DNA from: Octopus bimaculoides
Taxonomy: Eukaryota
NCBI RefSeq assembly: GCF_001194135.2
Contig: NC_069003.1
Span: forward strand, 31,517,191 to 31,581,190
Direction of reading: 5' to 3'
DNA length: 64,000 nucleotides
Position numbers and translations under genes: made by a program. Below are positions 48,898 to 62,695 of this stretch, piece after piece (position 1 is the stretch's first letter; every line of letters begins with the position of its first letter). The notes under the pieces are model-generated. The model was not told the origin of the DNA and did not search any database. It worked only from the letters and a program-made list of their open reading frames with translations.

Positions 48898-49616
48898 GAG
48901 AGGTAGGTTGATAGATAAATAGATAAACACGGAGATAACTAGGTAGGTAAATGATTAGTTAGACAAATAAATAGAAAATAGTTTATTATTTGATTGCATA
49001 GTTGTTGCATTTAGAATTATATTTTAAAATAATAGAGGTTTTTTTATTATTTTCCTTACGAAATGATAAATTAATTTAGTAATATGTCATGCACACACAC
49101 ACAATATAGATGGCTTTTAAAAGTAGTAACCTAGTTACAATATTTCGATTAGACGGTTTCTAAACGTAGTAGCCCAGTTAGGATATTTCGATTATTTCAA
49201 ACTTGTGCAGATTAGTTACAACTACTTAGTACTTGCTACAACATTAGTAGTAGCTGGGACGGTTTTAGATTACACTTGGGATGAAAGCGAGCTTTTCTAC
49301 ACGTGACAATGTCAGGTGAACACAACGATTGCGTTTATATATCGATTGATCTTAAAGACTTCCCATCACTTACCTTTCATATAACACCGTCAAAGATTAA
49401 TAAATCACGTTTCTCTCTCTCTCTGTCTCTCTTTTTTTTTTTTGCTGCATGTTTTATATATTATTAATTATACATATCTAGAGCAGCAGGGGTGTGGAGA
49501 TAAATACAACATAATCTCGATCTTTTAAAAAAAATTGCAGCCAAAATCTCTCTCTCCCCACCTAAAAATCACAGCCTTGCCTTAAAATGCGCATGCATAC
49601 ATCGAACAACGTAGTT

Positions 49617-49908
49617 CTAGACAGATAGATAGATAGATAGATAGATAGAGTTAGATAGATAGATAGATAGATAGATAGAGAGATAGATAGATAGATAGAG
49701 AGATAGATAGATAGATAGACAGAGAGATAGATAGATAGATAGACAGAGAGATAGATAGATAGACAGAGAGATAGATAGATAGATAGACAGAGAGATAGAT
49801 AGATATATAGACAGACAGACAGATAGATATATAGACAGACAGACAGATAGATAGACAGACAGACAGATAGATAGACAGACAGACAGATAGATAGACAGAC
49901 AGACAGAC

Positions 49909-49939
<31 letters not shown>

Positions 49940-49960
49940 TAGATAGATAGATAGGGAGAG
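49617..49960. repeat. Compound (AGAT)n/(AGAC)n/(AG)n microsatellite
   Basis: Direct inspection. Confidence 0.95.
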
Positions 49961-51929
49961 AGAGAGAAATGGAAAGAATGAAACGTTCCCGTGTCATCTT
50001 TTTGTAAATCTATAGAATTATTTTCGAAAATTCCATAGCCTGGAATTACTTTTGATCTTAGGACTACTCAACGAGGTCTAGCCAAGGGCTAAAATCAATA
50101 ATAAACATACTACTAGTGGACTAGGAGATCTACACTGTCGGTCGATCTGCTATAAATAGCAACCGTATCTCCCTCAAATAACCCTCTACTGTTAAATAAG
50201 GACATTGCCTGAAAAGAAAATTAGAAAGAAAAAAAAGACAGGATGGTGATGATGGCTTGAATTGTTTAATAAAATGCTTGACTTGAGTCTAATGACAACA
50301 GCAATATATCTATCCACNNNNNNNNNNNNNNNNNNNNNNNNNNNNNNNNNNNNNNNNNNNNNNNNNNNNNNNNNNNNNNNNNNNNNNNNNNNNNNNNNNN
50401 NNNNNNNNNNNNNNNNNNNNNNNNNNNNNNNNNNNNNNNNNNNNNNNNNNNNNNNNNNNNNNNNNNNNNNNNNNNNNNNNNNNNNNNNNNNNNNNNNNNN
50501 NNNNNNNNNNNNNNNNNNNNNNNNNNNNNNNNNNNNNNNNNNNNNNNNNNNNNNNNNNNNNNNNNNNNNNNNNNNNNNNNNNNNNNNNNNNNNNNNNNNN
50601 NNNNNNNNNNNNNNNNNNNNNNNNNNNNNNNNNNNNNNNNNNNNNNNNNNNNNNNNNNNNNNNNNNNNNNNNNNNNNNNNNNNNNNNNNNNNNNNNNNNN
50701 NNNNNNNNNNNNNNNNNNNNNNNNNNNNNNNNNNNNNNNNNNNNNNNNNNNNNNNNNNNNNNNNNNNNNNNNNNNNNNNNNNNNNNNNNNNNNNNNNNNN
50801 NNNNNNNNNNNNNNNNNNNNNNNNNNNNNNNNNNNNNNNNNNNNNNNNNNNNNNNNNNNNNNNNNNNNNNNNNNNNNNNNNNNNNNNNNNNNNNNNNNNN
50901 NNNNNNNNNNNNNNNNNNNNNNNNNNNNNNNNNNNNNNNNNNNNNNNNNNNNNNNNNNNNNNNNNNNNNNNNNNNNNNNNNNNNNNNNNNNNNNNNNNNN
51001 NNNNNNNNNNNNNNNNNNNNNNNNNNNNNNNNNNNNNNNNNNNNNNNNNNNNNNNNNNNNNNNNNNNNNNNNNNNNNNNNNNNAATACAGATATAATATA
51101 TGATAACTGGAAGCTAAATCTTCTCAATCTTTACTCCGATTTTGTCGGTGTTGATCTGCGAATGATTGTGTGTATGTATGTATGTCCGTCCGTCTGCGTG
51201 TGTGTGTATACATGTTTGTGTGTGTGTACATATACATATATGCAATTGTTTTATATTATATTGTTTGAAAACCTTCCACCTCGTTCGATATTTGTGTGTG
51301 AGCGTGGCTAAGCATTGTTTTGTATGTCTGTGACAATTAAAGACAGCAAGTTCATTTTGTATCACCAAATGAAAGCTATCACATAATTATAATGTTTTTT
51401 TTTTTTTATTATCACCTCCATCCAAACAGCAAGTAAACAGTTTGAAAAATACAAAAAACTAAACAAGCCCTAACAGGCTAGGAATCGAGGGGAACAAAGA
51501 TTCGCGATTAGACAAAAACATGGAATGCGGAAAAATAAAAATAAAACACACAGACACACACACACAGAGCGCAAACGATTTTTTCAAATGTCAGACGTTG
51601 TAACAATGATACCTAACAATAAACAGAACCAGTAAGGTGTGGAAAGAATCAAACCCTACCCATATTTAGTCAGTGCTGTTGGAAAGAACCGCTTCAAATT
51701 GTTACTTCCATAATTCGATCAAACCTTAACGAGAGACCAGTAATTTTTTTTTTTAATCAATATTTTCTAAACGTTCGAATACAATCGGATCCTAAAAACT
51801 TCTCAAACAAACATTTCAACGCTTGAAATAAACATTATCAATTAAAAGTAACAATCAAACCTACAGCATAATTCATATTTCATAATTATGACCGGTTATA
51901 TACCTGAATATATGTTAGTTGTATCTTAC

Positions 51930-52400
51930 CTGTATGACTCCGGTTCTGTTTCCGCAGGTTAATTGAAACTTTTGTTGGTCTCCTCTCTTTAAGCTATACA
52001 CAGATTCGCTTACTATGATAATTAATATAACTTATAAATGAAATATCAAAGAGTTTGTCACCGATTCTTAATGAACATTCGCATTAATATGAACTTTTTT
52101 CTTTGCACTGGGTAAATTAAATGCAACATCCAAAGTCAACGTGCTTCGTTCGTTAGTTAAGAGAGAAAAATTACGACGGCACATGCAGTGGAGGTATTTA
52201 GGTAAAAAGTAGGTAGGTAGGCCGATAGGTAGTGGTTGAACACATCACCTATTTCAGGCCTTTCTTCTCAAGTAAACAACTACGAAATAAGAACGTGACC
52301 AAGTTATCTCCGTAATGCTTTTAGATTATGATTAGCAACGAACGGCTGACAGAAGTTTCCACCAACGCACCTGAGCCTCACTTTAACAAAATCGTTTATT
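51930..52400 (-). promoter_or_regulatory. Probable non-coding first exon and promoter region of LMTK (5' end uncertain)
   Basis: Strong donor CAG|GTAAGA at 51929 within unique, CpG-retaining sequence. No better upstream exon was seen between 19 and 52 kb. Confidence 0.45.
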
Positions 52401-53015
52401 TGAATTTAAAATAAGAATAAGAATAAAAAAAACCTTGCTTGTTAATAAACTAAGTGGTTACTACTTCAAAGTAAATGAAAAGAACCCCTATTGGTAATTT
52501 AAACGATTGGGCCACACAATCGTTTAAATTATCAGTAAAATATGTGTGTATGTGCACACGCACACATAGACTAACACATACATACATACATACATACATG
52601 CATGCATATTTTTATGTATGTACGTGTGTATGTATGGTATAACTACAGATTAGTGCCTCTACCGATACTCTGTTTCCTTATAACTTTCTGGAAAATACAT
52701 ATTTTTAAATTAAATTTTGCAGAGTTACTACATACCCAAGAGTGTAGATTGCAATTATGCTGATAAAATTTAGGGGGAAAAAATTCTTTTTTTTTTTTTA
52801 CTTGAGGATTTTGGTTCGTTCTTCCCAGCACCGCCCTGAATTTGTTACCAGCATTTTCTATAAATTGAACATCTCTCTCTCAATATCGTGTAATCTACAA
52901 TCTTGGAAACGTATTTCTGCAAAATCACATTTTAATGCATGCATTTTAATGAGAATTATGAAGAAACAACATCGCGAGAGTCACCAATCTGTGGTGTGTG
53001 TGTGTGTGTGTGTGC

Positions 53016-53049
<34 letters not shown>

Positions 53050-54307
53050 TCACACACACACCGTCTTAAAAAATAAAGAAATAAACGCCTCATCTTTTTA
53101 TTTTTGGTCTCCTTAATCGGGACAATAACACCTATACATGACAGCGAAAGAAGAAATCCCGGCGCCACCGCACTTCGCGCTAGAAATAGCAGTTAAATCG
53201 TTCTCATATCGCATCCTACCGGCTTAAATAATGGTAAAGGCATATTGGTCAATGTAGTCCAAGATACTCTTTAAAAGACTGGATAGTCATATTTGGAAAG
53301 CTTGAGATCGTATATCTGCACGATCAAGGCTGACCCAAGGCTGAACTACGACCAGATACAACCTTTAACTACAAGATGGTAGAACGTGATTTGAGATTAG
53401 GCTGCTACTTCTAGCAAGCTGTAAGATGATGTAGGGGTTCCCTAGTTGGTTAATAATTATAATTATATATATAAGAAAAAATGTTGGGGAATACAGGTGA
53501 ATATTACGAACCAAGGAATCTTTTTCCATTGACAAAGTGTCCACTTTTAGTTAAAATTTCTACACAAATGTATTGACAAAAGCGATTTCCCTTTCGGACG
53601 GGACTTTTCAAGTAGCTTTTAATGTACAATAAATATTTAGTTTCGGAAAGTAGCAACGTAAGAACTGTACAAACTGGAAGTTTGGATACGAAGAATTTCA
53701 TTAGGAAAATAATAATAATAATAATAATAATAATAAAGAAATAAAACGGTTACAGCTGTCATTTTTGTGTTTGTATGAACGTGTATAGAAAACGGGATAT
53801 ACCAAATAGTTGGCATGACATTCGACCTAGAATTGAATGCTTTTACCGAAAGTTGATTTCGGGGTGTGGGTCGAAATTACGGTTGGTAAGCAGGAATCAA
53901 AGGATTGTGATAGAGGGATCAAAAGATTTATTCTTCCAGATTAACGGATTAAAAGCAAGCTACAGGTACACATACATACATACATACACTCATTCATGTA
54001 CACGTACACACATCTATGCATACATGCACGCGTAAATATACACACATGCATACATACACACATATGTATGTGTGTATTACATGTAACTTGCTCTGTACAC
54101 ACTATTCCTTCTCAGCTGTCGACTTGAATTATGATGATATCATCACCTTCCGACAGCATCGTTCCTTCAAGGCAATGCCAAGCAGCATTGGTGTGTCCAG
54201 GGATTGCCTTTTTACCCACTTCTTTAATGTGGCCCCACAATTATAGTACAATTTTCCCCCTTGCCCCTCCTGTCGTCTGCACACATTTATACAGGCATCT
54301 CGCAGCA

Positions 54308-54382
<75 letters not shown>

Positions 54383-54941
54383 CATTACAGAAGAAGTCTT
54401 CACTGACACTAACACACACCTCTCACACACTAACGCAGTCATAGACAACCTGCGGCCCGTGGGACACACTGAATGGCACGCCTAAACGAAAAAAAAATTA
54501 CTTGAATTTTTTTAATAGTACATACAAGCCTGCCTGACAACGAGCCATGTCTCATGCAGCCCGCTTTCCGAAAAAGGTTGCCCATGCTTGCACTAATGCA
54601 CCCACACAATACGTGTATGCGCACATATATTGAGATACACGTATTCTCTGTCACACGCACGTACGCACACACATACACACACATTCACATAAATACGCAC
54701 ATATCTTATGCACTGATAAATTCACACACACACACACACACTATATGTGTATACGCACATATATGGAAATGCACGTACTCCCCCCTCTCTTTCTCTTTAT
54801 CCCCTTATCTGTCTGTCTATCTATCTATCCATGTCTCTCACACACATACACGCACATAATGCAAGTACATATCTGACACAATTGTCACCCGTAAATAAAT
54901 GTTTACTTCGCTTTATGGACAATCTAAATGCTTGCAAGCAA

Positions 54942-54990
<49 letters not shown>

Positions 54991-55945
54991 TGTCTAGATA
55001 TATGTATGCATGCACGTAAATAAATAAATGTGTGTGTGTATTAGTGTGTACGTGTGTACGTGTGTGTGTGTGTGCATTCGTGTGTGTTTGTGTATGTGTG
55101 TGCATGCTTGAATTTACTTACAAAACAAGAAGCAAAATTAAAACATAGAGGTTAATATAGCATAAGAGTTAGTATGGTTCTGTGCTAATTGGTTGCTACT
55201 CCAAGTTTCGGTATGAATCTTCGCCGATAAAGCAACTGAAAAGAGGAGAAAGGGAGTTTTTCATTTGCGTGATCAGCGCGGTTCACGAGATTCGGAGTAG
55301 CAATATATATAGAGTAATCTCGGCACAATATATTTATATATAGATACAAATAATCAGATAGATAGACAGACAGACAGATAGATAGACAGGTAGATAGTTA
55401 GATAGATAGATAGTAATGTATTCGTATAATTAAATCAGACACTCACTTGTCGTCAACGAATAATGGTCCAGATCATAGTGTAAAGGTATAAATGGTAAAA
55501 ATCATTTTGGTGTATCTTCTCGTCTTTCTGTATGTTGTTAGCAAGGTTACTACATTCAATATAGTAGCATCATTCTATGAGAGAGAGAGAGAGAGAAATA
55601 CAGAGAGTTAGTTATACATTTATATAGAGAGTGAAAGAGTGCGTGTGTGTGTGAGAGCACAGAGACGATAAATGGTTGGACGGGTTTTCAGTTAGACAGG
55701 AGTTTTCCCCCTGTTACTATATTTATATAATTATAGACTACACGAGAAACGTGAATATTATGTGTATTGTAAATTTCATACGCACGCACACACACGCACG
55801 AATATATAATTATAAAGTTCTATAAGTGACTCAAAGGTTTCAAGTTTCGTGAAAAGCACCAAACAAATCTATGTATTGATATATGCATATGTATGCGTGT
55901 GTGGGGGTTGTATACATGTATGTGTGTATACATGCACACATATAT

Positions 55946-56012
<67 letters not shown>

Positions 56013-56131
56013 TATACGCATAGATATATTTGCATTTACATGTGCATATATATATATATGTATATACATGTATGCATATACATACATATATATGTTTGTG
56101 TCTGCCTGTCTATCTATCTATCTATCTATCT

Positions 56132-56497
56132 TATTTCTTTATTGCCCACAAGGGGCTAAACATAGAGTGGACAAATAAGGACAGACAAAGGGATTAAGTC
56201 GATTACATCGACCCCAGTGCGTAACTGGTACTTAATTTATCGACCCCGAAAGGATTAAAGGCAAAGTCGACCTCGGCGGAATATGAACTCAAAACGTAAC
56301 AGCAGACGAAATACCTATTTCTTTACTGCCCACAAGGGGCTAAACATAGAGGGGACAAACAAGGACAGACAAACGGATTAAGTCGATTATATCGACCCCA
56401 GTGCGTAACTGGTACTTAATTTATCGACCCCGAAAGGATTAAAGGCAAAGTCGACCTCGGCGGAATATGAACTCAAAACGTAACAGCAGACGAAATA
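56132..56497 (-). repeat. Tandem array of head-less SINE B units (184-bp period), running into a gap
   Basis: Two units differ at about 5 of 184 positions and share private variants. The junction reads GAAATACCTATTTC. Confidence 0.9.
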
Positions 56498-58511
56498 NNN
56501 NNNNNNNNNNNNNNNNNNNNNNNNNNNNNNNNNNNNNNNNNNNNNNNNNNNNNNNNNNNNNNNNNNNNNNNNNNNNNNNNNNNNNNNNNNNNNNNNNNNN
56601 NNNNNNNNNNNNNNNNNNNNNNNNNNNNNNNNNNNNNNNNNNNNNNNNNNNNNNNNNNNNNNNNNNNNNNNNNNNNNNNNNNNNNNNNNNNNNNNNNAGG
56701 TAGATTATATTCTCAACTTCTCGTGTAAACTTTTAACAAGCTATTCTAAGCTTCATAGATATTTAGGAGCAGAGTGGATTGCATAAGTGATATGAAGTAT
56801 TATCATAAATATGACTAATTTTTAATTTTTAAATCTTTTTTTTTTAACTTTCTCCTTCCGTTATTAAAAGAGGTGTGTGCCGAACATTCAATACAAATAT
56901 GTGTGTGTGTGTGTGTGTGGAGGCGCGTGGCTTAGTGGTTAGGGCGTCAGCATTATGATCGTAAGATTGTGGTTTCGATTCGTGGACCGGGCGACGCCTT
57001 GTGTTTTTGAGCAAAACACTTCATTGTAATATTTATTGTGCTTTTAATTAATAATTTTTTCTATATGTGACAGTGGATTTTCATCGATGAGTTCATGAAC
57101 TTTGGTTCTTTTCCCTAAAACTATATATTTATATATATATCATTATAAATATACAGGGATTAGCAATTGAGTTGCTTCTCCTGAACTACTGAACTACTTG
57201 GCAGAATTGTTAATTATTAATTCTATTATTAATTGACGATTCTCTGCCCTTATTCTTGTATATATATATATATATATATATAAGGTTGAGGAGGGTATTG
57301 AATTTAACCAGTAAGTGCTGTATACCGACTAGTTTTGCCCCAGTCGTTGTATGAACAGGATTGGGGATTATAAGTCGTGTATTAGCGTGTGTATATGTAA
57401 ATATATAAAAATAAAAAGATAAAGAGAGCAATGGATAGGGTCTTACAGCTGTTTCTGGGAAGATCCAGTATGTATGCATACATGCATGCATGCATGCATA
57501 CATACTTGCCTGTATGCATGCACGTGCGCGCACACACACACACATACATACATACATACGAAGCTATACGCATACATAATTTGCATGCGTATTATACGCA
57601 AACATCACCATATTTTATAAATCTCTCTCTCTATATATATATATATAAAACTGAGTGCATGCGTTTTAGGCCGTTAAACATGGTCTAGAAAAACCAAAGA
57701 CAACACGAGACTTCTTTTCAAAAATACACAGGGATATTCCGTTTTCAACTGGATGTTGTAAAGCATCCACTCCCGTGCTGCATCGCTTGAATCAAGATTA
57801 CAATAATGAATCGTGAGTTTCCGCCCTTGCACCATGTTCGAAAGTTCAAATCTAGGTGAAGTAGAATTTGCCTATCAGCATCTCTGAATATTATCTCTTA
57901 TCGCTTACTTGTTTCAGTAACTGGACTACGGCCATGCTGAAGCATCACCTTGAAGAGATTGTAGTCGACCGAATCGACCTCAGTTCTCTTNNNNNNNNNN
58001 NNNNNNNNNNNNNNNNNNNNNNNNNNNNNNNNNNNNNNNNNNNNNNNNNNNNNNNNNNNNNNNNNNNNNNNNNNNNNNNNNNNNNNNNNNNNNNNNNNNN
58101 NNNNNNNNNNNNNNNNNNNNNNNNNNNNNNNNNNNNNNNNNNNNNNNNNNNNNNNNNNNNNNNNNNNNNNNNNNNNNNNNNNNNNNNNNNNNNNNNNNNN
58201 NNNNNNNNNNNNNNNNNNNNNNNNNNNNNNNNNNNNNNNNNNNNNNNNNNNNNNNNNNNNNNNNNNNNNNNNNNNNNNNNNNNNNNNNNNNNNTATATAT
58301 ATATATATATATATATCTATATATATATATACAAATACACGCACACACACACACACACATGATGGGCGTCTTTCGGTTTCTGTCTGCCAAATCCGCTTAA
58401 GGCTTTGATCGTCTCTCTGTCTGTCTCGTTGTCTGTTTGTCTCTTTCTCTCTCTCTTACACACATACATGTATGTACGTATGTATGTATGTATGTGTGTG
58501 TGTGTAGATAC

Positions 58512-58544
<33 letters not shown>

Positions 58545-58776
58545 TGTATGTGTAGATATATGTATATATGTGTTTGTGTGCATGCGTGCCGGAGGAGCGG
58601 TGCATTTAATGAAAAGCAGGAGTTTGAGCTGAAACACTTGTTTTACTTTCCGACTTTTCTTAATCGTGTGGACAATCGGAGCCGCGAAACTCTGAGTTAC
58701 GATTTAAGATGCTTCAGCTTCTCATAAAACGTATTGAGCACTTTTTGCCAGCGTTTGTAAACACAAACATTTACTA

Positions 58777-58825
<49 letters not shown>

Positions 58826-59232
58826 TATGCGTAGAAGAGAAAAGGCACTTATTAGATACATGAGTATGTTTCTGTGAGCATTTAATTAATTAGTGATTAG
58901 TCTTAGTTCTAATTAGAATTAAAAATAAAATTAAACGAGCTCTTTCGGATAGGAGGGAAATCTCAAAATAAATGTTTAAATATGGAAAAGATGTGTGTGT
59001 GTGTGTGTAAGACACTTAAGATATCTCGAAACGAACACTTCATAAATAGGACTTTACTTCAGTCCCAGACACTTTTTTGCTTGCAGATGTTTATAACATA
59101 TTTCTCTTTTACTTGTTTCAGTCATTTGACTGTGGCCATGCTGGAGCACCGCCTTTAGTCGAGCAAATCGACCCCAGGACTTCGGGACATAAACACACCA
59201 GCATCGGTTGTCAAGCGATGTTGGGGGGACAA

Positions 59233-59278
<46 letters not shown>

Positions 59279-59965
59279 GACGGGCTTCTTTCAGTTTCCG
59301 TCTACCAAATCCACTCACAAGGCTTTGGTCGGCCCGAGGCTATAGTAGAAGACACTTGCCCAAGGTGCCACGCAGTCGGACTGAACCCGGAACCATGTGG
59401 TTGGTAAGCAAGCTACTTACCATACAGCCACTCCTACGCCTACAGGGTTTACTTGTCCAGAGCCGGACTTGCTAATCATAAGACTTCGTAACGACATTCA
59501 TTAAGTGGAAAGGTGGTCTTCTTAAATAATATAAAAATAAAATAAAATACTAAAAAAAAACTGGCAACAATTACTGTACAGAGATGCTTTGATATGTGTA
59601 TGTTTGTATTTGCTTGCATGCTCGCTGGAGGAGTGGTGTATTCAAGGAAAAGCAGGGTTTCGAGCCGGATCTCTTGAGGTGAGGACTTACATATGTCTTC
59701 GGCTTTAGAGTCTGACGAGACGTTCACAAGCTAACGCCATTGTGGATGCTGAACCATTGGTCACTCTATAACCGGACATCAGCTCAACACAACTTATAAA
59801 TACATCACTGCTCTCTGCTTTAGAGCAGTGGTTCTCAACCATTTTAACTCGGGGTGTGGGATTCTCATAGCCATTTGATGTTTAAAAGTCTCCTTTTATG
59901 TTTTTATGATTGAATATTGTTAGGAATTGTATTTTTAAAAAAATGGTTAAATATTTTGTGTATTG

Positions 59966-60176
59966 AGGCAGCGAACTGGTAAAAACGTTAACACGCCGGG
60001 CGAAATGCTTAGCGGTATTTCGTTTGTCTTTACGTTCTGAGTTCAAATTCCGCCGAGGTCGACTTTGCCTTTCATCCTTTCGGGATCGATAAATTAAGTT
60101 CCAGTTGCGTACTGGGGATCGATCTAATCGGCTGCCCCTCCCCCAAAATTTCGGGCCTTGTGTCTAGAGTAGAAAT
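59966..60176 (+). mobile_element. SINE family B, CpG-rich copy nested in a hAT-like remnant
   Basis: Near-consensus sequence, lying after CAGTGGTTCTCAAC at 59826. Confidence 0.85.
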
Positions 60177-61024
60177 ATAACTAGATTATTGCCCATAAAT
60201 TTTGACAACAAAATCGTGTATGGCCCTGCAAGAGATATAAGGACCCAGGTTTAGACTATGCTTCTTTTTCGTATATNNNNNNNNNNNNNNNNNNNNNNNN
60301 NNNNNNNNNNNNNNNNNNNNNNNNNNNNNNNNNNNNNNNNNNNNNNNNNNNNNNNNNNNNNNNNNNNNNNNNNNNNNNNNNNNNNNNNNNNNNNNNNNNN
60401 NNNNNNNNNNNNNNNNNNNNNNNNNNNNNNNNNNNNNNNNNNNNNNNNNNNNNNNNNNNNNNNNNNNNNNNNNNNNNNNNNNNNNNNNNNNNNNNNNNNN
60501 NNNNNNNNNNNNNNNNNNNNNNNNNNNNNNNNNNNNNNNNNNNNNNNNNNNNNNNNNNNNNNNNNNNNNNNNNNNNNNNNNNNNNNNNNNNNNNNNNNAT
60601 ATAAAACATCTTTTTCTCTTAGTCTTCTTAAAAAAAAAAGAAATCCCTAAGTTATTTCAGTAACTGGACTACGGCCATGCTGAAGCATCACCTTAAAGTT
60701 GTCGTATTTCTGTAATTTCAAATGAAATAAATTCGAATACAAAAATATTTTTCTGTTCTATAACACAAAATAGATAAGTATACGAAGTTTGAAAGTCTTT
60801 CGGTACCAAAAACACTACGTAAAACATTAATGAAAAATGTGGCCCCCGTTTTAAAAAAGATCCTATATAATTGATGATGGAAATGGAAAATGGATTTAGT
60901 ACAAATCTTTATTTAACGTGACGATCGTTTTGACCCATGTCGCAGCTGTCCCTTACAGGTAGGACATTGTGCATCTAGTTGTGTTGCATCGAGTAGTGAA
61001 GTCTGAGTTTCCTCAGGTGTTCGC

Positions 61025-61131
61025 TATAAAGGTATATCCTGCTAAATATACTGAGTTCCTCCAGGCATGTTATACTCTCTCGTAATACTATGAGACGGGT
61101 CGTAGTCGAAACGATCGTCGAGTTAAATAAA
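61025..61131 (+). mobile_element. Penelope-like pseudo-LTR remnant with degenerate minimal hammerhead
   Basis: TATAAA ... CTATGA-GAC-GGGTCGTA-GTC-GAA-AC-GATC-GT-C-GAGTT-AAATAAA: TATA box, hammerhead-like core and AATAAA in the PLE order. Confidence 0.45.
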
Positions 61132-62049
61132 GATTCGTACCAAATTCATTTTCCGATTCCCTCATCAATTATTAACCAAACGAACACTGCGGAATTCCTG
61201 ACGTAGATTCATTGAAAATTATACCGTAACTGTGGATGACATCAGGTAGCCCCAAACGATGAATATACTTTAATCGGCATACTAATACCCAAAGTCCAAA
61301 TAATTACTTATATATATGTGCGCGCGTGCGTGTGTGTGTAAAATTCGATCAGAGGTTGCGTTAACCTCCTGAGGGGATGGTTTTATCCAAGGAAATACTG
61401 GTTCAATACCTAGTGGTCATCATCCCTTACAGCTGTTTCAATTAATACTCAGTGAATATTAATTAAATATTAAATTCATATGACATGAACATGATATCTT
61501 CAGAGGGGGAAAAAATATACCCTTGGATGTACCTTTGGGTAGGCTTACAAAGAATAAGTCTGAGGGTTGATTTGTTCGATTAAAAGCGGTGCTCCAGCAA
61601 GGCCGCAGTAAAATGAATTATCTATCCATCTATCTATGTGTGTGTGTATAAGGATAAGATCGATATATAAGATATCGATCTTATCAAGTGGCCAGCATGG
61701 GAATAAAAACCTTCAAAGGTAATAATTATTTTAAATCATGTGTGGTTTTAGAGTCAAGTTTTGACTGCTATTTCCAGCGTGGTGGTATCTCTTAGATACC
61801 CTAAATTATAATTATATATATATATATATCTTTATGGCTATTATGGTCATTTTACCTTTTATGTGGTAGTAAATAAAGTGTATGTAATGAAGTAAAGTGC
61901 GGCTGTATAAAGTTATAGATGATGGGATGCAGGTAAGAAGATGAACAACTGAGGTGTTTCCAGTTTCGTATTACTACTTCCTGGCAACTAATATGACGTC
62001 ACAAAAGTCAATGCCAGAGCGTGCATCAGCAGGGATGATGAGGGGAAAC

Positions 62050-62663
62050 TTACAAGTAGTAGTAGTAGTAGTAGTAGTAGTCGTTGCCCTTTCTCCACCA
62101 CCACATAGATATAGATACAACAATTGTAGTAGATGTCTGTGTTGACGTATCGAACTGATACAGTAGTAGTAGTAGTAGTATCTCCACTATCACGCCACAC
62201 TGATATGATGGTAGTAGTGGTGGTGGTGGTGGTAGTGGTGGTGGTGCAAGGCTCTGGATGAATGTATCTCATGTTATCAGGATTGGCAATCACAAGAGGG
62301 CGATAACGGAATTAAAGAATCAATGTGGGTAGAATATCCCGAGAGAGAGAGAGAGAGATGGGGAGGGGGAGATAGAAATAGAGAGAGTGAAAGTGAGTGT
62401 GAGAAAAAGAGTGAGTGAACGGAACGGCGTGAGATGACGGAATCAGAAAAGAGAGGAATCGCGGACAAGCAATCATGAGAATATGATCGAAGGAATAGCA
62501 GAATAGTGGAATCGATCGATTTTGTTTATAAGAATCGATCACCTGAGACAAACAACAGCATAAAGAAAAGAATCGATATATAGTAGAAATCATATAGTAG
62601 TAAAGAAGAGTTGAAGTGACAAGCGCAGTAGCTGTTGTAGCAGTGGTGGTGGTGGTGGTAGTG

Positions 62664-62695
<32 letters not shown>

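Noticed and set aside
51930-52035. Coding N-terminal extension (..LTCGNRTGVIQ) from the upstream exon
   Set aside because: It has no ATG after an in-frame stop, and exon 2 has two in-frame TGA stops before the TM start, so it is treated as 5'UTR.
59711-59740. CTGACGA as another hammerhead core
   Set aside because: No stem II partner or GAAA follows it.
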